A stretch of 64,000 bases of DNA. It comes from Zancudomyces culisetae HAW-14-8 (taxonomy: Eukaryota > Fungi > Kickxellomycota). The DNA is taken from NCBI GenBank assembly GCA_052426225.1, contig JBNJNM010000009.1:186001-250000 (forward strand). Direction: 5' to 3'. Both the position numbers and the translations under genes were made by a program. Below, piece after piece: positions 25,330 to 38,000 of this stretch. Each line of letters begins with the position of its first letter. Position 1 is the stretch's first letter. The notes under the pieces were generated by a model, which searched no databases, had not been told where the DNA came from, and worked only from the letters and a program-made list of their open reading frames with translations.

Positions 25330-28128
25330 ATGCTTTCAAAGGTAATAGAGGGTTTAAAACCACTTCAAATATGAACTATAGTCTGAGTATTGATAAGTCT
25401 AGAGCATCTAAAATATAAATACTTTGGTTGTGTCAGGTTGAAATAGAATTCTGGAAAGCCGGTGCTGAAGCGTATGATAATGAAGATTTTGAGGCTGCTT
25501 TGAGGAATTTTCAGGTAAAAGGCTTATTGATTCTTGTATTTAAAAGTACCATAGAAGGAGGGGTTTCAATGTTTATTGCTATATTCTACTGGTATTTGAT
25601 ATTTATATATGCTGAGGATTTTAAATAAATAATGATACGATAAATATGACTGTAGCAAGTGTCCGAGTCTGCAAAAATCCATTTCAATTTGGGCTTGGTT
25701 TACTCTGAGATAAATGAAACATCAAAGGCGGCAAGTAGAATATTAAATATGGATACTATTTCGGTTTAATCTTATAGTATACACCGAATTATAATTAATC
25801 TCAATTAACTTTTAAATTAAAAAAAATAGATAGAAGAGTATACCAATGCGATTGAACTGGATAATTATTTTGCAGTAGCATATTTCCAAAGAGGAAATGC
25901 AAAGATGATACTAGAGGATGATTTTGAAGCACTCAAAGATTACAATCATACAATAAAGGTATTTTATTTTCTGTTTATTACAACAGCAATAGAGATAAGA
26001 TTAACAGTACTAATGCAAAAAAAAAACTAGTTATTCAGAGATAATACGTGCATTGACTACTTTCAGCTTGGATTTAGTTACAAAATATATCTATGCGAAG
26101 TTATGTACAACCGGGCACTATGTCATTTGTGCATTGGAAATACGGATATAGCTAGAATGGACCTAGCTAAGGCACAAAATCTGAAAGCCAAAGAGAGACA
26201 TAACTGGATAGATGTTGCGTTAGATAATGATGGTGTGGTAAGGTTTAGTCTACTATATATATAATTTTTATGTTTTAACAATGGTAAAAAAAGAAAAAAA
26301 AATGATAGTCTGATGGCCAAAGAGAAAGAGAATAAAATAAAAAAGCTATTTTATATATATTTAGGGATGTCCATTGTTTAGAGTTCCCAAAAACATTATA
26401 TACAGACCCCCTGTGTTTAGTATAGAGGTAACCAGAGAATTGCAAAAGTGCAAAGTAATCAATGGGTTCATTATCAAAGACAAAGAAAAAGAAATGGAAG
26501 AGGTAATACACCTATTAAGGTTACTAAAAAAGTGTAAACCCAACTCTAATATAAATGAATCAAAAAAATAGAGAGGCAAAGAGGAGGAGAAGAATACAAT
26601 CTTTACTCGATTGGTCAGGAATATATCAATAAAGAATAATGGCTATGAAGAACATATTGAAAGTGGCCTCAACCATCTTAAATCAACTAAACCAATGACA
26701 AAGCTAAAAAACTCACTTAAGAGAATGATCAACAAAGACGAAAACGACACAGAAAAGATAAACAATATTAAAACCAAAATCGATAAACTTAATGAAGAGG
26801 TCAGCAATAATTTGGCTAAAATGGTTAGTGAAACAACCATTGTAGAGCGGGAAAGAGGAGAAGACTTTATAGTCCTAACCAACAATTACTCCACAGCTGA
26901 ACGTACTTCCAATGAAGATATTGCAAACAAAAGAAATGATTCCAAAGTATCTCTGTTTCCAAATCTAGAAAACAACTTGGAGTCGCTAAAACTGTCAAGT
27001 GAGGATATTTTTCAGCATAGTTTCAGCACGAATGCAACTGACAATTCGAAACTTCATAGTATTCCTATTTTTTTTGAATATGAAAACTCTTTGTTCCCTA
27101 ACCTGGATGTAAAGTCAAGCCCATTGAATAACTCTATTGCTTTAGAATCACTTGTTGACGCAGAACCTGAAAGCCAGCTAGACAAAACAAACAGTGATTA
27201 TCAAAAGAAGATTCTAGTTCTTTCAAATTCTATCTATTCAGAAAAATGTTCTTCAATTTTTTCATCAAACGAAGGTGAGTTCAGCTCCAAAATTCTACAC
27301 CACAACGTAAAGCTTCCAAAACGCGAGCATTCGAGCACCAGTTTGAAAACCAGCTTTTTGTCGAACCAAATTTCGGAGCCACTGCATTCAAGAGCTGAAT
27401 GCTACGAAGATTCACCCGATTCACTCATGCCTGAAGTTTATGGCGGTGACTCTGAAATGGTCATTGATAGTTTTCCAGCATCAGCACAACAACAGCCCGA
27501 TAGTTCTGATCCTAGCAACCTGGATAATGGTGTAAAACCGCTCTATTCAAAACCTATACCAGCTGAGCTTAAGAATATTGACTATAATAATTTCCCTGAT
27601 TTCACAAATACTAACAACCCAAGGTCCATCAAAAAACTAAAAATCAAGTTCCATTACGAATCAGAGACCTACAACATTGTTGCAAATATGGATGTTAATT
27701 TTGAAAAGCTAAACTCACTTATTTACGAAAAGATTTCGAATGTTTATTCAATTAACCCAAAGCTGACACATCCTCCTAGTCTCTCTGATTTGATCTTTTT
27801 TGACTTTTCTGCAAATCAATCTAATGATTCTAATTTCTGTTCTTCCCCGTTTTCGCAACCCAATGGCTCGCAGTTTGAAAGGCACGATGGAAGCCAGTTT
27901 CATCCGAAAAACAAACTGAAAATTAAATTTTTGGACGAAGATGCCTCGCTAGTAATCATGGCTGATGATGATGACCTAAATCTGGCAAAGGCTCTATCGT
28001 GTCTTAACCCAAAGTCGGGTAATCTGCACAACCAAGTTAATGATATTTACAGGCAAAATTCCAGTCTCAGGAGAGGCAAATCGAAGCTATCGTTTGCTGA
28101 TAAACTTGAGCTTTGGTGTATGTTTTAA
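25330..28128 (+). CDS. noxR: NADPH oxidase regulator NoxR (p67phox-like; TPR + C-terminal PB1); about 7 exons
   Basis: Spliced 'EIEFW..G.EAYDNEDFEAAL..F', 'SAKIHFNLG', 'LDNYFAVAYFQRG', 'IDYFQLG..YKIYLCEVMYNRALC', 'LFRVP...IYRPP', PB1 'KLKIKFHY...KIKFLDED...MADDDDL..A...KLELWC'. Confidence 0.88.
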
Positions 28129-28659
28129 GATTAATATATCATTGACATTGTCTGTATTATAAAAAAACTAGTATTTCATTTATTTTTTTACCAAATGTTG
28201 TGTGCTTTGGAGTTATATTCTAGAATTATAAACCAAACATGAAAAAAGTCAAAAATTTCAAATTTAGCTCCAGGTATATATCATTAGGAGAGGGGGTGGG
28301 GGTAAGGGAATTCTTTTAGGAGCAGTATTAGCTAAAACCTGTGTGTTAATGGGTGTTTCTTAATTTTCTAATGCAGTCAAGCAACATTTCAAACCCTCAA
28401 GTCATGAGATTCAGTTTCCGTTTTAATTAAGAAATTCGCGAAAAATTAAAACACAAATTGTTACAAATAAATTTTCAAAGCAGGGCAATTCCATAATTGC
28501 AATAAATCATTTGTAATATTTGTACAATTTTTTAGTCCTTGTTTGGTGATTTTTTATAGCTTTCTAAAACACTGAGCTTGTAATTGCCAACTTAAACCAG
28601 CCAACAATTGCTACCTTAGGCATCGTAGTTAGATGAAGCCGAAAGAGTCACTTTTTTAA

Positions 28660-29871
28660 ATGAATGAAATCGAAAAACATGATGCCCTGATAAAATGTGA
28701 AATAATCTACGTGAAAAACATGGACTCTTACAGAATTCCAAGAACAAAATTCACAGGCCTCCTCGAATTGTGTGGGATCGACACGTCACAAATCCACTAC
28801 TATTCTAGCTTAGGAAGATGGATAACGGAATTCGTACTTAATTCAGCCTATGTACCAACTTTTAAGGGCAAATTGGACCTAATTTCACAGCAAAACAAAT
28901 TATCAGAGTGCTACCGGATGGAAACGATACAAGAATACGATCCGCTGCAACCCTTGTGTGTCGATTTCAAAGCGTGCGCAAAACATCTTCCTGGACATGT
29001 GATTGATGCGCTTTTATGTGATTGCCGAGCAAATTTGCAAATTCGCTGGAGTGACGCCTTGCAGAAAATACACTATCTTCCGGCCAAAGAAGCTATAAGA
29101 GAGAAGATGAGACTGATTGGGTTGTCTGTGCTGCATAAGACTTCGACAGACGTTCATTTTGGGTATGTTGGTGATGATTGTATAAACAGCGCGGAAGTGA
29201 AAGATCCAGTAGTGGAGTTGAAAGATATTGACAGTATACAACAACAGTTGGATCCTAAGAAAAAAAAGGAAATTTATTGGGTTGCACACAAAAACTGGAA
29301 CACACTGACTCCCCAGCGTATGGATCAGATACTTCCCGTGGCCGACGAAACACATTTGGTTGTATATACTGATGGCGCCTACAACAAGCTCACAGACGTG
29401 CTTGGGATTGGTGTGTATTTCGAAAACGACGTTCTACCCGCAATTTCCAAGCGTGTCTCCTACGGCCGCAGTACCAGCGCCCGTGCAGAAATCCTATCTA
29501 TATACCATGCTCTTCTCGCAATTGTAGCTAGCTTGCAATTACCTTCTTATAATGATTTGCGCGAGTATCCAGCTGTTCCGCATGCTGCTGTCCCCAGTCG
29601 GTATGAAGAGATCTGGATTTGTTCAGATAGTCGATATGTCATTGATGGAATCAACGAAAACTTTTCCACTTGGCATAAACACAATGGCAAGACCCGCAAC
29701 AGCAAAAAACGCGTTTTCAATTACGATCTGTTTGTGCTAGTCAACAACCTCAAATCTTTTTTAACATCTCTTAACTTTAGTCTGTTTTTCCACTTTGTAC
29801 CCAGCCATTCTGGCGTCCTGGGGAATGAAGTTGCTAACCTATTGGCTAGGGCTGGAACTTTCTTGAAGTAA
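28660..29871 (+). CDS. Intronless RNase H1-fold protein with an unassigned N-terminal domain
   Basis: 'VVYTDGA', 'ARAEILSI', 'ICSDSRYVIDGI', 'FVPSHSG..GNE.ANLLA'; the fourth acidic residue is Asn. Confidence 0.8.
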   Translation: MNEIEKHDALIKCEIIYVKNMDSYRIPRTKFTGLLELCGIDTSQIHYYSSLGRWITEFVLNSAYVPTFKGKLDLISQQNKLSECYRMETIQEYDPLQPLCVDFKACAKHLPGHVIDALLCDCRANLQIRWSDALQKIHYLPAKEAIREKMRLIGLSVLHKTSTDVHFGYVGDDCINSAEVKDPVVELKDIDSIQQQLDPKKKKEIYWVAHKNWNTLTPQRMDQILPVADETHLVVYTDGAYNKLTDVLGIGVYFENDVLPAISKRVSYGRSTSARAEILSIYHALLAIVASLQLPSYNDLREYPAVPHAAVPSRYEEIWICSDSRYVIDGINENFSTWHKHNGKTRNSKKRVFNYDLFVLVNNLKSFLTSLNFSLFFHFVPSHSGVLGNEVANLLARAGTFLK

Positions 29872-31514
29872 TTTGTATATTAGTCTTAATATTTTTATTT
29901 ATACAGTCATGACTTCCTTTGTCAAATTTATTTAAACATTAATGCTCATGAAGGTTTAAAACTGCGAGTGTGAAGTCGTAGTTTGGGATAAACTCTTGGG
30001 GTTGGCACAAAAGATGTATTAGAATTTATTTTTTATTTTCGAGAAATGAATTAATCTGGTATATTTTGAATGTTCTTTTGGTTTGGAACCAGAATGTATG
30101 CGAATATTAGCTGCTTTCCTAGTCAATCATAGTTGAAAATATCACATGTTGTCAGCCTGGGATTTCATTATTTTAGTACCCTGCTCCTATCATTTACTTG
30201 ACGATTTGAGTTGATATTGTTATTGAAGTAATAGTATCAAGTAAAACATTGAAACAAAAAGATAAACCCTTCGACCTGATCAATATCGCTATAATATAGT
30301 ATTTATATAATCGAGTGTTCAACATCTCTTACTAAATAACAAGGTTTAAATAATAGTGGCTATATGAGGTAAAGACCACCCACATTAACGGCTCTGGCTA
30401 ATCAGAATGATTTCCAAGCCAACGTGACACAATTATGATGGTCATGCTTTTTCTGTTTTTCTACTACTAGCAAGAAACAGGAACATTTCCTAAAACACAA
30501 AAAATTCAACCTAGTGTTTAGATGCATGAATATGTTTTTCTTGGGAGTTGGTTTAGTACACAGTTTGTGTTGCGCTTTAATTTGGTCTCAAAAACCAAAA
30601 CGGGAATAAAAAAGAAGTGAAGATTCCTAGTAGTTCTATATATTTTATTTTATTTATTTTTATTTTTACTAAACTAGATACCACCAATCAGAATGGCTCA
30701 GCAACAAGGATTTTGAATTAGTTTTTGCACTTTTACTTTATTTAAACAGCCAAGTAGTTTTAGAAATCCCATTATCTCTCATTTACCATATGTTCATTCA
30801 ATTTCTCGCTAATTATGGACAATACCCAAAAAAATTATACTTGAACCTAATTAAATGCTCAACAAGAATTAAATGCAACGTAGCTAATTTTCAAAAAATG
30901 TCAACAAAATTATTGGCGTATAATGGGCGAGTCTAGCGGGTGGCACTGGGAATGTAATTGAAATTTAAAAAGGTAAGCAAAAACATACTTCCTAAATTCT
31001 TGGTTAGCACTTTAAATTAAAACACTTTAGTATATGTTTAAAATTCGCAATTGAATTCGAGCAGGATTAGAGTGGACAAAATATCTTTTTCTAAACAAGA
31101 AAAATAATAAATAAGGTAGGTCCGATCAATATAGTATATATAATCATCTACCGACAGGTTTGGTGACATGGTGTTTTTGATTACATTACTCGGGAAAATA
31201 ATTAAAAAAAATGTTATGGGATGCTGAATCATTCGAGTATATGACATTACACATAGTATTTCATAGATGTTTAAACATATAAATCAGAAACAAATATAAG
31301 TTTGTTTGAAATCATTTAAACTACACTTTTATTGTAGTTTCCACAATGTTTATAAAAACACGAGTATTTTGCAAATATACATGAAATTTATACCTAACAT
31401 ACTTTTGTGTAATATAAATATTAGGAATACTGTTAATAATATTCTTCTAAGTGATCATACAACATTTTAATCTGGTTTAGAGAGCTTTTATATAAAATCC
31501 CAATTACTAAAAAA

Positions 31515-32392
31515 ATGAATCCAGAATAGTAAGTGAAAGATAACTATAGTTAATAAAGTATAAATTTGAAATATTTCATATGTATATATATACATAAAAT
31601 AGCGACTATTTATTTAAACTTTTGTTGATCGGAGATTCAGGTGTTGGAAAATCATGCCTTTTACTCCGTTTTGCTGACGACACATACACTGAAAGTTACA
31701 TCTCAACCATTGGTGTTGATTTTGTAAGCTAAATTCGTAACTATTGTAGCCATTTTCATTTACAAGCATGATGAATATTCCCGATCTAAAGGGAGGTAAT
31801 CTCCAAAATTACTAAACAATACCATATTCAACTCGAAATAGAAAATTAGAACTATAGAGCTAGACGGAAAGACCGTAAAACTCCAAATCGTAAGTTATAC
31901 AGATAATTCTACCAAGTTATGAAATACAAAACTGAAATATTTTTTACTTGATAGTGGGATACTGCAGGTCAAGAAAGGTTCCGTACGATCACCTCGTCCT
32001 ATTACCGTGGCGCTCATGGTATTATCGTTGTATATGATGTTACTGATGCCGACTCATTTAAGAACGTTGGATTGTGGCTTAACGAAATTGAACGTTATGC
32101 CTCTGAAGGCGTGAACAAGCTTTTGGTTGGAAACAAATGCGATTTGTCTGACCAACGGGTCGTTGATTTTACCCAGGCAAAAGAGTTTGCAGATGCCAAG
32201 GGAATTCCTGTGTTGGAAACATCTGCCAAAGACTCTACAAACGTCGAACAAGCTTTCTTGGCTATGGCCAAGCAGATTAAGAACAGGGTTAGTGCTACCT
32301 CTGCATCCACTCAGCAAAAATCTGATGACAAAACTCCCCTAAGGGCTGGACTTGGCCAAGATATTGCTCAAGACAACGGCGGATGTTGTTAG
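31515..32392 (+). CDS. YPT1: Rab1/Ypt1 GTPase; exons 31515-31528, 31603-31723, 31842-31889, 31955-32392
   Basis: [45 protein letters not shown]...[22 protein letters not shown]...GNKCD...GGCC; GT-AG introns. Confidence 0.97.
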
Positions 32393-32642
32393 TTTTATCT
32401 TTGTTACCATGTTTTATTTGCTTTATCATATTCTTTATTTTATTTGTTTAATTGCTGATCAATGTATTGCTTGCCAATAAAACGGATCTCTAGGTTGACT
32501 TTAAAGCACACATAGTTAAGAATTCTCTTTATCTCAATAAATTTATTTTTTAATATTTATGACCTTGAAATATTCACTGATAGAAATCAAATTTAAAAAA
32601 AGCTTTTAAATAATAATAATTAAAACAAATATAGACATAAAA

Positions 32643-32978
32643 ATGAATAGGGGAGATTTATTCAAAACAGATTCAAATGGGTATATAATACCTGAAAACA
32701 ACTTGGGATTTTATAGAAATATAGTAAATAATAATATTCCAATACAAAGATCCGATAATACCGGGATAAATGAACAAAATTTAAATATAGATTTGGAAGA
32801 TTTGAATTCAGATGATGGCGAGCAAGAATCAGAAGAAGATCGGAGAAACAACTTTGAACTTGAAATACACGAACAAAAAGTTAATCTTTCACTAGTGACT
32901 ATATGCTTCATCATACCATTTGTATTCAGATTTTTGGGTAGAAGATTCATGATTGAAAATTTGAAAAGGCTACTTTAA
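32643..32978 (+). CDS. Mitochondrial import protein Mim2-like
   Basis: Acidic stretch followed by a TM segment and 'IIPFVFRFLGRRF', resembling the Mim2 motif. Confidence 0.6.
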   Translation: MNRGDLFKTDSNGYIIPENNLGFYRNIVNNNIPIQRSDNTGINEQNLNIDLEDLNSDDGEQESEEDRRNNFELEIHEQKVNLSLVTICFIIPFVFRFLGRRFMIENLKRLL

Positions 32979-33994
32979 AGTAAAAAGGATTGATTCTAGT
33001 CAATTAATAAGATTAACTGTAAGATTAGTATAAGTGTTCTGGCTTTTAATAAACTTCGTTAAGTTAATCAGTACAGGTTAATTCCAAAAATCATGCCAAG
33101 TTCAGTAATAAAAATAAATATAACCACCATAAAGGTGAAAAGAGATGTAGAAAATATCAAACAGAACATAGTAATATGAAGAATGATGATTTTTTGTTAA
33201 TGGTATTGGTATGAAATATATATTTTTATTGTTAGTATAAATAGTATTCTATTTTGTTAAAAACGTAGTACATTTCCGCACAAACATAACTCATGAGACA
33301 AATAAATCAAAATAGCAAAGAGTAACAAGGAAATATACATATGAAAGATAAGCATTATCTGATATACTTTTTAGCAAATATAATACATAAGGTTCCGATA
33401 GCACAGATGCTGTAGTTTACTTCAAGCGGATCGCTTGTAGTAAAAATACAACATAAACTGGTGTGCATCAAAGAAAGGATAATACTACAAGTTTATGCAG
33501 CAAGGCCTGAATTAGTCATATAATAGCTAAGCCCTTTTTGCTAGCATATATATTACGATTCGAAAAAGTATAGAATTGCCAACTATGGAAAGAGAGCGAT
33601 AAATGGAAACAATGTTATGAGTAAAGTTGAATAACTGGCTAATCAGCAAAGTTTAAACGAGACTGGACAATGGATGCGGAAATGGTAGCCTTTCTTGTCT
33701 AAATATTTAAGAATATGGTACATTACTACTACTGACAAATCATATTACAAGGTAATTGATGGTTTTTCTAAAGATTTAAAAATACTATAACAGTATTAAA
33801 AGAAATAGAAACATTAATCTAAAATTACTGAATTGAGACGTGACAAGAACTTATTATAAATAATTGTATCAGCTTTATATCAAAATAGGCATGATAATAT
33901 CTGAAAACTATATCAGGTTAGTTACAATATCTATAAATATTACAATTTGTATTAACATAAGAATTCCATATTACAATTATAGGAATTATGCATT

Positions 33995-34392
33995 GCAGTA
34001 TAACGACTATGTCCTTTTTGCTAGCGAATCAAAATTGATTCCGTAGCAGATGATAACTAGGAATGAGCGCAAAACGAGATGTTATAAAATAATTATGTTA
34101 GTAAAGTTTGAACACAGATCGAATAACGAATATAATGAGAGTGGACAACGAAAGTATACTTTTTTATGTCTTTCTTAACAGCATATACTTTATATATAAT
34201 CTGGTCTATAATTAATTACTTCTAGTACTTAATATTTTATTAATTTAATTTGTGTTTATAATTCTTAAAACGATAATAAAAGCAATTTAATAATAGTATA
34301 GGCAAAGAGTAATAGTATGTGATCAAAGTCAATAGTATAACAGACATAATCAGCCACATACGAAACTCAGTGATCACATTAGCTGAACATAT
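33995..34392 (+). repeat. About 400-bp dispersed repeat X, copy 1 (most diverged)
   Basis: Shares collinear blocks TTTTGCTAGCGAATCAA, CTTTCTTAACAG, AGTATAACAGACATAATCAG, AAACTCAG and ATCACATTAGCTGAA with copies 2 and 3. Confidence 0.8.
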
Positions 34393-34435
34393 TATAAGAT
34401 TAGTAATTGTAATATATAGTAGATGTATTAAGTTA

Positions 34436-34848
34436 TCTGATATATTTTTCAGCTAATGTGATGGCTGAGTTTGGTATAGCACTGATTGTGTCAGTTATAC
34501 TCGGGTCTCGGATCACTAAACTAGTTCTGTTTGCCGTAATATGAATGTTTTTAATAACTTTTATTATTGTTGTAATAATAATAAAACACTAAGTAAACTA
34601 TCTCAATGTAGTGTTAATTTCAATTACTAAGTATGTAAAAAACGTATATGTAAAGTATATTCTGTTAAGAAAGGCTAAAGATGTTTATTTTCGTATTCCG
34701 CTTCGCTTTTATTTTACTGATCGTTCAGATATTCAGCTTTACTATTATAAATATTTAAATATAAAATAACTACAAGTTAATTGGTAGTTATATTATGCTA
34801 AGGTATCGCAGTTGATTCGCTAGCAAAAGTATGTAGCCGTTATACTAC
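34436..34848 (-). repeat. Dispersed repeat X, copy 2, about 100 bp downstream of tRNA-Arg
   Basis: Reverse complement is collinear with 58683-59099; forms a tail-to-tail inverted pair with copy 1. Confidence 0.85.
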
Positions 34849-34947
34849 ATAATAACATCTAGAATTACAATATTTAAATGTGCATTTATCCACACATTTG
34901 AGTTTGGATAAATTTGTAGCCAGTATAGTCAAAAAAAACTAAAAAAG

Positions 34948-35020
34948 TGATCCAGCCAGGACTCGAACCTGGAATCTCTTGATTCGTAGTCAAGCGCCTT
35001 ATCCATTGGGCCACAGGACC
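34948..35020 (-). tRNA. tRNA-Arg(ACG)
   Basis: GGTCCTGTGGCCCAATGGATAAGGCGCTTGACTACGAATCAAGAGATTCCAGGTTCGAGTCCTGGCTGGATCA; cloverleaf with A and B boxes; T-run terminator follows. Confidence 0.97.
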
Positions 35021-35029
35021 TGTTGTCGC

Positions 35030-38000
35030 TGTCGTATAATAAAGAAATTTTATTTATACCTAATGTAAAAACAATATAATTTGTAACTCTAAGTAAGTAT
35101 TATCCTTGATAACTAATACCACTTAAAGATTAACTTGTACTGATATATTGAGTGATTAGAATCTAATATTTATTAATGTGAACCACAAAATCTGATAGAT
35201 AAAACTCTCACAAAAACTCTACCAAACCTTAAATAAAAACTAATTACGATTAAAGGGATTCAATTTTCATTGTTTTTCCTTTACGTAATTTTAGCCAATA
35301 AAACCTATCTAAAATAACTTTATAAAATTGAACTAAAAAATATACTAAAATAAACAAAACTAAACTAAAACATAGTACTATTGTACTATACGACAGCACT
35401 CCCCCTTTAGGCGATAATGCCCTCATTATTTTGAGCCTGTTTAAAGGTAAGTAACTTAGGTCGAAGTCGATTTGAAATTTCGGGAATCATAAATTTAGAT
35501 TCATGGTACTTCTTTAGCAAGTCTCCGTTGACTAAATCTCTATTTCCGAACTGATCTGAGATTAAGTAAGCCCCCTTAGTAAACCTTTTCATAACTGTAT
35601 ATGGGCCTTCCCATAAACTTTCAAGCTTTCCTCTTTCATACTCTACTAACTTTAACACTTTTTCTCCAACTTGAAATTTTGTAAATTTAACGGTTTTATT
35701 ATATCTTACTTTTTCAGATTCTTTTGCTGCTACAGCTTTGCGAACCCCGATTTTTCTTATTTGCGGTAAGTTACTCTTCATTAGCTCCAATCTACTTTTA
35801 ACTTGTTCAACTTCATCTTCAATTACACCATTAGATTTCCAAGTCGAGGGAATGCACATTTCGGTTCCGTACATCATCTCGGCGGGTGTATAACCAGTAC
35901 TCTTGCTCTCCATAGTTCTCATGATGAGTAACACCTTCCACAGGTAACGATCCCAATTATTTTTGTCTTTCCTACATATCTTCTGTAACAAATTTACTAA
36001 CGTCTTGTTCAATCTTTCACACTGTCCGTTGCTCTGCGGACGGTATGAAGTGGTAGGACTGTGGTCCAGCTGTAACCAGTTGAATACCTCGGTAGTAACG
36101 TTGCTGACAAAGCTCGAACCCCTATCTGTTATTATCTTCTGTGGTACACCGTAGTAAGTAACGATATTGTTTATTATAAAGTCTACTATAGTTTCACTTA
36201 ACAAGTTGTCTACGGGAATGGCTATCGGCCATTTCGTGCAATAATCTATAGCTGTTAGAATATAACGATTTCCTGACTCTGAAATAGGATTGATAGGACC
36301 GATAGCGTCCATACCGAATATTTCGAACGGCTTGACTGCATGCACTGGTACCAACGGGTGTTTACGACTTCTTCCATCCTTGAAAACTTGACAAACATGA
36401 CACCGCTTAACATAGTCCACTACCTGCTTGTACAATCCTTTAGCATAATGATTTCTGCTTACTCTTACCCAAGTGTTTTCGATACCCTCGTGTGTATCGT
36501 CGTGAACCTTCTTGATCATATCTATACTCTCTTCAGCCGTCAAAACTTCTTTTAATTGTCCCTTAACCCACCTGTATATTTTGCCATCCACCTGCTTGTA
36601 TGACTTAGATTTTTTCTTTATTTTTTCAGCTAACTCTTCTGAAACGTCTTGTGGCAGTGTTCCATCTAATAAAAATTGCCTAACTAAATTTTCTTCGTTT
36701 ACCCAAATGTTGTAGACTTCAATTGATTCTTCCTCAGTTGTTTCTATCAGACTACTTCGAGATAAATGGTCAGCAGGATTGACCTTCCCTGGTATATGCT
36801 CTATATCGAATTCGTAACTTCTAAGAAACATAGCCCATCTAGCTAGCCTTCCACTTAATTCTTCGCCGTTAAACATATTTAATAATGCTTTATGATCGGT
36901 TTTTATTACAAACTTCCTACCATATAAATAAAACTTAAACTTTTTAACGGCCCAGACAACCGCCAACCCCTCCAAGTGACTGATCGAATAATTTTTCTCT
37001 GCATTACTGGTTGTTCTACTTGCATACTCCACTGGTCTTTCTTTTCCTTCAATAACTTGTGATAGTATTGCTCCAACTCCACTAACTGCAGCGTCCGTCG
37101 TAACCACAAAAGAATAATCCCAATTTGGGTGCGCAAGCACTGGGGCTTCCGTCATCGCTTTTTTCAACTCTAAAAATGCTTCTTCTTGAGATTTTCCCCA
37201 GTTCCACTTTATTCCTTTCTTTAATAACGCAGTTAGTGGGTTAGCTATTATAGCATATTTTTCAATAAACTTACGATAATAACCTGTCATCCCCAAAAAT
37301 GACTGAACTTCTTTTATGCATGTCGGTGACTTTAACTTTGAAATGGCTTCAATTTTTGTTGAACTAGTTGCAATACCTTCACCCGAAATAACATGACCCA
37401 AATAATCAATTTCTGTTAACCCTATATTGCATTTATCTTTATGCAACTGTATCTGGCCTTGTTTTAATAATTCTAAAACTTCCTTAAGATCTTCTACATG
37501 ACTGCTTGCACTTTTTGAAAAGACGATTATGTCGTCAACAAAAACAACTGCCTTCTTCCATAGAACTTTTTTCAACACAGTTTCCATTGTTCTTTGGAAA
37601 GTGGAAGGGCTATTTGTCAAACCGAAAGGCATGACGTTATAGTGGTAACTCCCCCCTCCCGGCAACGCGAATGACGTCTTTTCTCGGTCTTCTTCTGACA
37701 TTTTTATTTGCCAAAAGCCGCTGAGTGCATCTAAAGTAGTAAAGATGCACGCACCAGCCAAGGCCATAAACAAATCCTGAATAATCGGTAGTGGGTATGA
37801 ATCTTTGACTGTAACTGCGTTTAACTTCCTATAATCTGCGCAGATGCGCAGTTTACCGTTTTTCTTCTGGACAACCACCACCGGCGAGCACCACTCGGAG
37901 TTACTAGGTGCAATTACATTTTGCTCTAACATCCTATCTATTTCTTTTCCTACTTCTTCTTGTAGACGAAACGGTATCCTGTACGGTCTTTGCTTAATTG

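Noticed and set aside
31768-31820. Possible C/D snoRNA in YPT1 intron 2 (ATGATGA)
   Set aside because: No terminal CTGA D box or closing stem.
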